Origin: Gnetum montanum
Taxonomy: Eukaryota > Plantae > Gnetophyta
Assembly (NCBI GenBank): GCA_015680685.1
Contig: MNCI01000751.1
Span: 1 to 64,000, forward strand
Reading direction: 5' to 3'
DNA: 64,000 bases
The position numbers were made by a program, and so were the translations under genes. The notes under the pieces are model-generated. The model was not told the origin of the DNA. It saw nothing but the letters and a program-made list of their open reading frames with translations, and ran no database searches. This document shows positions 53,641 to 64,000 of the stretch, piece by piece. Numbering within the stretch: the first letter of the stretch is position 1; the number at the start of each line of letters is the position of its first letter.

Positions 53641-53997
53641 GAAACTGATGATTCCAAGATTCGGGGAATCGTCTAGAATTGCACTTTTAATCTGACATTG
53701 TGATTATGAACTGGATCACAATCCTGAACAAATCTAGATCACAATGCCAATCCTAATCCAATCTTTATAAGTATAAAGAAGAATGCATGAGAAAGAAAAC
53801 ATAATCCAGCAATTCAATTATTTTCAATACACAAAATGAAATTTAATAGAAATTTATTGATTTATGTCTAGGGTCCTTGTGACCTTGAACCCTTCCATTA
53901 ATTAATTTAGAAGACTAATAAAGCAATCAAAGTGTCATATTCCAGCTTTCAAAAGAACAACATATCAAGTTCAGAAGTGGAATGCCACTGAAATCAC

Positions 53998-54085
53998 CTG
54001 AAAGTCCTCCATCGAAAGAGGGAAGCCCTATTGATTTTGGTAATGATCCTTGCAAGTCTGTTACAATGGGTTCAAGGGATGAAAT
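53998..54085 (-). CDS. PIR: PIR exon (ISSLEPIVTDLQGSLPKSIGLPSFDGGLSG)
   Basis: LPKSIGL..FDGG motif. 88 nt, AG/GT boundaries. Confidence 0.93.
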
Positions 54086-54169
54086 CTGCAAATACATCAT
54101 CATACTATAAAATAAGCCAACAGATGGTTTCGGATTATCATCTTATGTAACCATGAACTTGATTTTTAC

Positions 54170-54313
54170 CTTGTTACTAATCAAGTCAAGAACAGCACGG
54201 ATGAGCCAAGGTAACGACCTTGAGCCAAGAAGCTTAACAATAGCGCACATGTGTGGTAGACCAAAAAACTTGCTATACAATTGTCCAAAAGCTTGGTAAG
54301 CCATATTTAACTC
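54170..54313 (-). CDS. PIR: PIR exon (ELNMAYQAFGQLYSKFFGLPHMCAIVKLLGSRSLPWLIRAVLDLISNK)
   Basis: Strong PIR motif FFG.PH...V.LLGSRSLPWLIRA.LD; 144 nt. I found no upstream exons, so they probably lie beyond 64000. Confidence 0.95.
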
Positions 54314-55109
54314 CTGTGAACAGGAAAATGTAGGACCTTAAATCAACTTCTAAATCCACCAGATTTCTTTGTAATAGATTCCTAAGTTTGATAATTTATA
54401 AAAGCATTAGCAAAAACACATACATAATGAACTCATGCTCAGCGAGTAAAGTCTTACAAGAAATTAATTTTCATGTAAGCTAATCAAAGCAACTATGGAG
54501 CACATGTATGCCCTATACCACATACAAGGCAATAAAACAAAGAATGAGAAACACATCATCACAAAATGAAGCAATGTACTATATTAAGAAAGTTCTAAAT
54601 GAGGTCTGAACCTGATATATCCTTAAAACACCACAGACAATCAAATGCATCGTATTGGTTAATAAAGCTAAATGTGAAATCAGAGAACATGTCTTCCACA
54701 CTGACGAAATCATTTGAATAAAAAAACAGGTGAATAGGTATCCCCAACTATTATTTTCAGCTATAAGGCATTTTCACATACATATCAAGACATAGAGGAA
54801 ATGCTTGAGCATATATAAAGGAAATCCACAATTACAAAATGATGATGCATTATAGTTAACAGAAAAAGGAATGTTTAGCTACCATTTTTATAAAGAGAAG
54901 GTAAAAACTTCATTGTCTAGCTCGTTAGTTAACAGGCAATATACTCATTAAACAATTAAACCACATGGTAACCTTTAGTTCAAGACAAGGAAGAGCAACA
55001 TTTACCATTTCAGCAGTGTCAATCTAAACTATCTACTTAGAAAATTGACAGAGGGAGATGCAAATTCAATGCCTTGCGTTCCTTACAACAAGAACATGGT
55101 TTGAGACTA

Positions 55110-56790
55110 CAGAACACCTAATTTATAGCCATCCTTTTACCCCACAAGTCTGGGACTGTATTGTTGTGGTGGATAACTGTATGCTTACTGGTGACAACCT
55201 GCAGCCAATTATCACCATTTGAAATGCACACAACCACCATGTCTTTAGGCCTACCCCAATCCCTCCCCCACCTTCTTGTTGTCAAGTCCCTGACTCTGTG
55301 AAGGGAAGTGACTTCTGCCATTGGTATTATGCTGACAATGTAAACTTAACTTGGCCATTTCAAAGATATGATTCAAAGCTGTGGAGGCTGGTTTGTGCTA
55401 TTGGCTGGAACATCTTTGTTCCACTTCTAAAGTGTGAAAGGGAAACATCTTTGTTCCACTTCTAAAGTTTGAAAGGGATGTAGATATCATGTAATTCTGC
55501 AACTACTAGAGGAGTACCAGCATCCAATCAAAGCTCGAAGATATTCATTTCACATTTATGAAGAGTCTAAAGCAAGGGTGACATGTTAACATTCCAATGT
55601 TTTTCCTCACCCACCTTCAGCAAATATACACAGGGAACCATTTGGTCCTCATCCTAGCCCTCTAGGAAGAATCCAAAAAAGAACAAAACTTCAAGTCCAA
55701 AATTGCTCAGAAAAATGCCCTTTCTAGAGAAGATGGTCAGAGATTTGCAATATTCTTCCCTCGGCAAAGCAACAAGCCTTCATCTGCCTTCTTGATCATT
55801 TAGCAAGAAGGTCCTTAGGAGGTGAAGCCTGCTAGTGTATGTCCCCAGGTGCAATTGGAGTTGGAGTTCCATGTGAGAACCTTCAACCATGAATAAGATG
55901 GTGTCATGTTCAATGATGAGAATTCACAGGATGGGGCCCTGCCCTATGAGGGGAATTTAGGGGTGCTGTGGTGTAGGTTAGGCAATCTAAGACAAGCTAG
56001 GATTCCCTTCAGCAAGAGATGATGAAGAAAATCAGGGAGTAAGTTCAAGTTGATGTCAAAGCCCAGGCTGAAGCCTGCACACAAGAGTTTGAGACTTAGG
56101 TAAGGTGTGAGGCTAAAGAGTATGCTAAAGCTCATATCCTTAAAGCCACAGAGGACACTAAGGTGGACCTGAAGTGGAAGGCTCAATAGCACAAGACGGT
56201 GGAAGTATAGACCCTATGGAAGAGGATTAAGCGAGAGCTTATGGATGAGGCTAAAAAGGCATAGGAGAAGCGGTAGCACTAACAAGATATGCAGCAGAAG
56301 TAGAGGGAAGAGATGAAGAGGAAAAGACGCCAAGAAATGAAAGACAATGGATGTAGAAGGGAGGAGACTGCCTCCGGAGATTAGGAGGAACATCACCACA
56401 AACAGCAATAGGAAACTCAACACAAGCAGGCAAAGGATGCAGAGAAGGAAGAGATCAAGAACCACTTTCAAGGGAACTTGGAAAGCATGCATTGACACTA
56501 GCGAAAAAAGGGAAAATACCCTTGTGTCAAGTTATGTATCAACAACTGTTCTAATTATCTCTACCAAAAAGGTCGTGAAACACAAGGCCATCTCTTTCCA
56601 TCCAGACAAAGCCTAATATTTCACCATGAAGGATGAAGGAATAGGATGATCAACTAGCAAAACTTCAATGTTTCAATGAACCCTCCAACCTAGTTAAAAT
56701 AGAAACTGAACAACAGATTTTAGATCCACTACATAGGTTCATGCCTAATGGTATCTGTACTTTCCTCCATGCCTAATGGATCTTCTCTTC
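55110..56790 (+). mobile_element. Highly decayed 5'-truncated L1 (zf-RVT remnant, coiled-coil, J-domain copy 4)
   Basis: MLTGDNLQ...QSLPHLL at ~55180-55280. E/K/Q-rich frame at 56000-56500. KAISFHPDKA (HPD at 56599-56607), then AKLQCFNE...QILDPLH. Confidence 0.65.
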
Positions 56791-56909
56791 TCCCCTTCCT
56801 GTTCAGATCCAACTCAACAATTCCAGATGATTCAAAGCAAATTTTGAGTGATCCAAGTTCATTATTTTTGTCGATAGAATTGGCATTTCTTTGAAAGTTG
56901 TTAAATATC

Positions 56910-59900
56910 TGAACAGGAAGGAGAGAAGAAAAAATTGAAAAAATAATTCTCTCTCTCTCTCATTCATCTTGAATCAACAATTACAACAATTTATAGGAAA
57001 GAATTACAAAAGAAAATCTGCTAAATAAGGAACAAGAAATCTAGAAAATAACTAACAAATATAGATGACAAAAATTAATTCTGAGAATCAACTAATTTTG
57101 GCAAGTTGATCCACAAAATCAAGCCCTAATTGATTTAGAGAATCAACTAATTTTGCTAAGTTGATCCAACTTTATTTTGACTTTCTAACACTCCCCCTCA
57201 AGCTGGTGAATAGATATCTATCATTCCTAGCTTGCTAACAAAAGAATCAAAGCTTGGTCTACATAAGGCCTTCGTGAGAATATTAACTTCTTGCATCTTG
57301 GTAGAAATGCAGGATAGAAAAATTGTTCCATTATCAACTTCATTTTTTATAAAATTCCTATCAATTCTTACACGCTTCATACAATCATGTTGGATTGGAT
57401 TTTGGACGATACTGATGGTAGACTTACTATCGTTGAACAACCTCATTAGACCACTTTGGGGTATCTTGAGATCTTCCATCAACCTCTATAGCCAAATGAG
57501 TTCACAGATTCCTTGTGCTATAGCTCTATATTCAACTTCTGCACTACTACGTGCTACAACAAATTGTTTTTCGCTTCTCCACGTCACTAAGTTTCCCTAG
57601 ACTTTGGTACAATACCTGTAGTAGACTTGCTATCTTCAATGGCTCTAGCTCAATCTGCATCAACAAAACCAACAATGTCCCTTTCACTGCACTTCTTGAA
57701 CAATAGTCCCTTCACTAGGAATCCTTTTAGATACCTTAGAATCTAATTTACAGCATCTTGGTGTCTCTTTGTAGGAGCATACATGAACTAGCTACCAATA
57801 CTTACATTGAAAGCAATATCTAGCCTAGTGAGAGACAAATAGATGAGTTTACCAACCAAGCATTGATAGCTTTCTCGATTTACAAAACGATCTTCTTCAA
57901 AAGTCTTCTATTTCTAGTTTCATTCCACTGGAGTCCCTGTTGGTCTACACCCCATCTTGCTAGTCTCTTTGAGTAAATCCATGATATATTTCCTTTGGGA
58001 GATGAAAATCCCTTTCTTGCTTCTAGCAATTTCCATTCCAAAAAAAATACTTTAGTGGACCAAGATCTTTGACTCTAAACTTTGCTTCGAGCTTTCTTTT
58101 GAGATCTTCAATCTCATGATCATCATCTCCTGTAATAACTATATCATCGACATAAACAATAAGGATTGATCTTTTACCATGCTTCCCTTTTTTTAACAAA
58201 TAAAGTATGATCAGCTTGTCCTTGCTCATATCTAAGTTTCTTCATCACACCACTAAATCGGGTAAACCAAGCTCAAGGAGATTGTTTGAGTCCGTAGAGC
58301 GACTTCTTTAATCTACATACTTTACCCGTACCTTCTTGAGATTCAAAATGAGGTGCTATCCTCATGTAAACTTCTTCTTCCAATGTACCATGTAGAAAGG
58401 CATTTTTTATGTCAAGTTGATGCAACCCCTAATCCAAATTTGCAGCTAAAGACAATAAAACCCTAATAGAATTGAGTTTTGCCACAAGAGCAAATGTTTC
58501 TACATAGTCTATCCCATATGTCTGGATGAACCCTTGTGCCACAAGTCTGGCCTTGTATCTTTCAATGCTACCATCAAGACCATACTTGACAGTAAACACC
58601 CATTTGCTCCCCACAAGTTTCCTCCCTTCAAGTAGGTGGACTATTTCCCATGTTTCATTGTCTTCCAAAGCCTTCATTTCCTCCATCACAACTTCCTTCC
58701 ATTTGGAACCTTCCAAAGCCTCAAAGATATCCCTAAGAACTTGTGTCTCATCAACCTTTGAAAGAAATGCCTTGTAATTACATAATAACTTGGAGTATGT
58801 GAGATAATTAGAAATGGGATATTTTACACATGACCTCACTCCTTTAAGTCATCAATCTTCATTATCATTCACCACCTCAAACTACTTCTATATACCTCCA
58901 TCACTTGGGTCTATCACTGGTTTGGGCTCTTGGTTTTGTTGAGGAGCTTGTGTTCATCTGGAATATCTCAGAATTGGTTTTGGGTGTGATTCTCACCTTG
59001 GATTTGAATCTGACTCTTGGACTGATTTGACATGAGGTGTGACATGATTTTTTGATGAGAACTTGGGCATAGCAATTGGTAGGGATATGATTGAATCCCA
59101 GTGTTGCTCTTCTATAGGTTGATTCTCCCCCTGAAGAGTAACATTGGGATAAAAGAGTTGGTTGGTGTTCGAGAAATGTAACATCACATGATACAAAAAT
59201 ACGTTTTAAAGGAGGGTAGTAGCAGTTATACCCTTGATATGTAGGAGAACACCCTAAGAATACACACTTGAGGGCTTTTGGATCAAGTTTCCCATGATTT
59301 GGTTGAGCATTATGTACATATACAACACATCCAAAGACATGGGGTGGAAGATTGTTGAGAATTCGTATAGAAGGAAAGGCTGATAAGAGAAGATTTAGTG
59401 GAGTTTGGTATTGAAGATTTTTAGATGGTACTCGGATTAATGAGATATGCAAATGTGAGAACAACTTCTCCCTAGAAGAATTGAGGAACATAGATGGTAA
59501 ACATAATTGATTGTGCTACCTCCAAAAGATGTATGTTTCTCATTTTGCAACCCCATTTTGTTGGGGTGTATAGGCATAAGAACTTTGATGAAAGATTCCA
59601 TGCTCACTTAAATATGCTTTAAGCTCATGAGAAAAATATTCTTTACCATTATCTAAATGAAGAATATGAATGGATGATTGGAAAACATTTGTAACGAGCT
59701 TATGGAATTCTTTGAACAGTGAGCTAACTTTGGATTTATCTCTCATTAGTTACACCCAACATACATGAGTGTGATTGTCTATGAAAGTTACAAACCAGCG
59801 TCCCCTAGTTAAAACTAGTACTTGTCAAGGATCCCACACATCACTATGAACAAGATGAAACAGAACAGAAGGTTTATATGGATGAGAAGGATGAGATGTT

Positions 59901-61713
59901 TGAATTTGTTTTGCATGAATACAATTATCACACTTGAAAGATGAAGGATCTTTATTAGTAAACATATAGGGACACAAATGTTTCAAATATGTAAAATTTG
60001 GGTGTCCTAGTCTTTAGTGCCAAAGCATTACCTCAAACTCAGGAATGGACTTGAAAGAGATAAATGAGGTTGTAGGGGATTCAAACTTTGATGGAGAAGT
60101 AGTACCAATGAGATAATAGAGGCCATGTTGCTCCTCAAAATTGCTAAGCATCCTCCCTGATGAAAAATCCTAAAACTCACAATGAGAAGGAAAAAAAGGT
60201 TACAACACAATTCAAGTCTTTGGTAAGCTAGATAATCAAGAGCAAATTGCATTTTAAATTTGGAACATAAATTAGGATTTTAAAATGAACCCAAGTAGTT
60301 TTACATCTCCATGACCTATAGTTGAGCTTAGCGAACCATCAGCCACTGTGATTCTAATTTTATTCACACAATCTTCATACATACAAAATGCTTCTAATGA
60401 ACCAGTCATGTGGTCGGAGGCTCTTGTATCTACGATCCAACCATTTAAGGAGCCCTTGTACGACAATAAAGAAGAGACAAGGCTAGTATTACCTTGTTGG
60501 GCAGCAAGTGCAGTAGGAGCTTTAGGAGTACCCTCAGTTTCCTTGCTATTTTGGGAGACATTCAACAATTTCCAGAGTACCTATAGTTGTTCATCAGTAA
60601 ACAAGTTTGAGGCAGCCTTTGTCTCATTTAATGATTCAGCTGTGTATGCTAACTTGTTGTTCCATCATTGGCTCCATAGTTTCCAATTCACAGGGTTTCC
60701 ATGTACATCCCAACATATATCCTTGGTGTGATAGGGCTCGTTACAATGCTCACACCATGGTTGTTTATCTTTTCCCTTTTGGTTCCTTGAGTTACCTCCT
60801 TCACAGTTTGCAACTAGAGACAAACCATGGGACACAACTTTAGTAGGTGGATTTTTAGAGTGCATCACCACTTTCTTTCTACTTTCTTCCCTCCTCACTT
60901 CTGCAAAAACTTCCTTCAAGGAGGGGAATGGTTTAGTACCAAGTACTTGTCCTCGAACTTCATCAAGATCTTTGTTAAGGCCTTGCAAAAAATCAAAAAT
61001 CTGCTCTCTTTCCACCATTTTGTTATACATGATCACGTCATCAGGAGATTTCCAAGTCACATTGTGGGATACATCAATTTCTTGCCATAATTCTGAGAGA
61101 GTATTGAAATATTCAATGACTAATGAGTTTACCTTGCCAAGTATTGCAGATGGCATATTAGACTTTGAAGCTTTGTGAGATGTTTTCAATGTCTGAATAC
61201 ATCTCTTTTACGGTATCCTAGATCTCCTTGGTTGTTTGATAAAATAGATACAACTTTCTGATTTTGGGCTTCATTGAATTAATCAACCAAGCCCTCACTG
61301 TTGAGTTTTCCACCTCCCATTTGCTGTATGTGGTAGAACTTTCTTCAAGCATGGCAGTTGGTCTTGTCATGTAGCCCATTTTGCCCCTCCCTTTGGTCAC
61401 GAACAGGATTGATTGATACCATTGACAAATTATTTCCGTTCAGTTGATGTATGGTGATTTGAAGAGAATGATTTTCAGGTTGAGAGAAGGAAAAGGATAA
61501 GGGTGGAGTTGAGATAGTCGAAATCAAGGAAGATTCCATTGTAGAGAATTCAAGTGCCATGCTTGCCATTTTGGTTTGCCAACTGAGTTCTCACGCCAAT
61601 GAAGGAACTAGCTCCGATACCATGAACAAGAAGGAGAGAAGAAAAGATTGAAAAAATAATTCTCTCACTCTCTCATTCATCTTGAATCAACAATTACAAC
61701 AATTTATAGGAAA
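56910..61713 (-). mobile_element. Decayed Ty1/copia LTR retrotransposon; 5' LTR interrupted by a LINE
   Basis: 3' LTR 56910-57190, PPT 57191-57200, PBS tggtatcggagc 61611-61622 (tRNA-iMet), partial 5' LTR 61623-61713. gag (WLINSM, CEHCNEPYH), WIVDTRASDHM, integrase TPQQNGVA and GKLDPKA, RT YKARLVAQG and YVDD, RNase H. Confidence 0.95.
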
Positions 61714-61715
61714 TA

Positions 61716-64000
61716 TTTTTTTTGAGAGAGAGAATGTTCAGGTTTTAAATTAAATTACTAGAGAAAAAAGTAAAGTTATAAGAAATGCACAACCAAAGGT
61801 GGCCAACATGAAAAAACCTACGATTAGGGGGAGATACCCCAAGGGGTGGTTCACCAAAACAAGGGGGTGGGGGTGGGGATCAGATGCCAAGGGCTCACAA
61901 CGCAAACCCACAACACCAAAACAAGGCCAGATCAACCATCTAGAGACAGCGGGAACAACAACCTAGCAAGCAGGAGCGGAATTACAGGTGTGCAGGTAGC
62001 CTATGACACACCCAGTGTGGTCGCTCAAGAGCATGGAGTATATCCAATGTATTACGATGCAATTTAGAATCCATGAAACTGGCGGCCTATTGAATTGCCT
62101 GCATGGCCGCCTCCCGATGACTCCACTCCTTAGCCAATGTGCCCCTGTCCAAGTGGAAGCACATAGATGTATGGCGTATGTGCCACCAGAGCACCCCCCA
62201 CAAGCAATCACAATTTATGCCCAACACAACATATGGGCATCTCCCCTCCCTAAGCCATTGTCATGTGCTCTATTTGTGCACTTGGTCCAACTGCCTCTAT
62301 CTTTGCCGCTGCTCTTCCTGCTCTTGATCTTGCTACACCCATGCCACCCTCTTGCCCTCTCTATAGATTGCCTCCCTCTGCAACAACTCCTCTCGAATCT
62401 AGGCATGGAGCTCATTTGCTAGCCTGGCCCAGGCCGCCTCTACCATCAAGGTTTGTTGCCAAAGCAACTCGCACTCCCACTCCCGGAATCGGGCTTCTAG
62501 GCTCACCTACGCCTAAGCTAGGGTTTTCTCCCATATGGCTTCCCAATCTCGTCTTTCATCAGCTCAGGTAGTGGCCGCCGCCTCCTCCACCACACAATGG
62601 AGCTCCTCCTACCAAACACGTAATGTCTAGCCTCTATTTGCAGAAAAGCGTCTACCACCGCCATAGGGTTTGGAACAGCCAGTTCCCGAAGGCCAGCCTA
62701 CTTCCGCAAGTAAACCACCACCAATGTGGCCCTCGACCAATAGGACCTAGAGGGATCAGATGGACCTACCTGCGACTAAGATGACCCTGAGGGCTTGGAC
62801 AGCACTATCCCCAGCCGCAGCCCATATTCCCCCCACCAAAGGGCCAAAATAAGCCCCAAGTGACTGTTCTCTTCTATTGTTGCAAGACAGCTAGAAAGAA
62901 ACAAGGCAAGTTAACCCTAGCTCCCAGTTTCAGACATTTGAGGAACACAAAGTGCATGCCCTAAAGTTTGGACCCATTGCCAGACTAGACAAAAAAGCAG
63001 TCCACCAACTCAGCAACTCAAGCCCAAACAGGTGGCAAAGCGGACTTGGGCACCTACTGACTTTGCGTGCGTGGCACCAGCCCCATGAAGAACATGTCAG
63101 CGTCCTATAACCCTCAGGTAGTGGGGAGAATGATTTTTCCCTCTTCCTAGGCCCCCAGATACCTGGCAATCACTATTTCTGTAAGGGTGATTTCGACGCC
63201 TCGCAAAAATGTCCTGTTATCTTGCCAATTAGTAAAAAAGGTGTCATTCGGGAGGGCCAGGTCACCCACCAACCATAGCAAGACATGGTCCCATCCTCAA
63301 CATTCCACCATCTCCCAAAGCTCAGTTTTTGCTTGAAACGCCACATAGCCAAGCTCATAGGTCGGCATAACCCCCATCACAAACGACACTGTTGGAAGAC
63401 TTGATGATTTCTGGTTTTCCAAGCTTCCCATAAAAGTAAAGTGGCCTTGGAATTCCCCGAGAGCGTCAGAGAGGAAGGCCAACCCATCACCTACCACGTG
63501 GCACACATGTAAATACATTGAAAGGTGAAATGTAGGACAGTCTCAAGCTCATTCCCACAGAGCAGGTAGGTGCCATCAATGTCAAAGCCACACCTTTTTA
63601 AATTCATCCAAACCGGCAGGGCATTGCTTTCAAGAAGCCATAAGAAGACTTCGATTTTTTTGGGCAAATGCCCCTACCATATCTGCATCTAGCCAAGTAC
63701 CAATGGGTACATGGCAGAAAGTAGTCGGCGCGGCTCGCAATTCAACCACCCCTGCAACTGCATTCGCTATGCATGGGCACAAAGTGTCCACCACGGCCTC
63801 AAGTCATGCACCCCTGATTGCTATCAAATGTATTTGCCCTTCATTATCCATATCCAATAGGTTGTCTCCTCATCTTGATGGGTGAATTTGACAAGCAAGC
63901 GATGCTAACCAAGTGTCATTTCATCCTCGAATTTAGTGACCCCCAAACCCCCCACTACTCAAGGGCGCACAATCCGATCCTAGTTGGCCAACCGCAATTT
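61716..64000 (-). mobile_element. 3' portion of an L1 (zf-RVT, ORF2 C-terminal domain, J-domain region, poly A) inserted in the copia LTR
   Basis: T run at 61716-61723. KIEVFLWLLESNALPV..NLKRCG..ETVLH...C at ~63520-63660. The element runs off the window. Confidence 0.88.
61982..62620 (-). pseudogene. LINE-borne coiled-coil + J-domain region, copy 5
   Basis: WEAIW...QWLREGRCPYVVLGINCD...HIRHTSMCFHLDRG...AAMQAIQ*AASFMDSKLHRNTLDILHALERPH.VC. HLD (cac ttg gac) at 62147-62155, stop at 61982-61984. Confidence 0.78.

Noticed and set aside
52705-53775. Possible MITE with imperfect ~24-bp terminal inverted repeats enclosing the RTE derivative
   Set aside because: The inverted repeats have several mismatches and I found no convincing TSD.
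55408-55478. 35-bp tandem duplication, and short repeats at ~27990/28780 and ~28665/28830
   Set aside because: Ordinary local duplications with no further structure.

Overview
This is repeat-rich land-plant nuclear DNA; the species cannot be assigned from the sequence. The left ~25 kb is a nest of decayed Athila/Tat-like Ty3/gypsy elements (two complete two-LTR elements that lack RT and integrase), LINE fragments and tRNA-like SINEs. A fragmented At1g29790-type methyltransferase pseudogene follows at ~26.4-27.2 kb. The right 32 kb holds the last seven coding exons of a minus-strand PIR/SRA1 (CYFIP, SCAR/WAVE complex) gene. Its long introns are filled with L1-type LINEs and a Ty1/copia element. 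The main finding is that these L1 elements carry an extra coding region between ORF2 and the poly(A) tail. It encodes a long charged coiled-coil followed by a DnaJ-like J-domain (HPD motif) and a Cys/His tail. Six diverged copies are visible (~38.1, 40.5, 47.4, 50.8, 56.0 and 62.0 kb). All have in-frame stops, so the ORF track does not show them. Two of them lie inside TSD-flanked poly(A) insertions, which shows the J-domain cassette is retrotransposed as part of the LINE. I know of no described L1 with an Hsp70 co-chaperone domain, but I could not run a search to confirm that.
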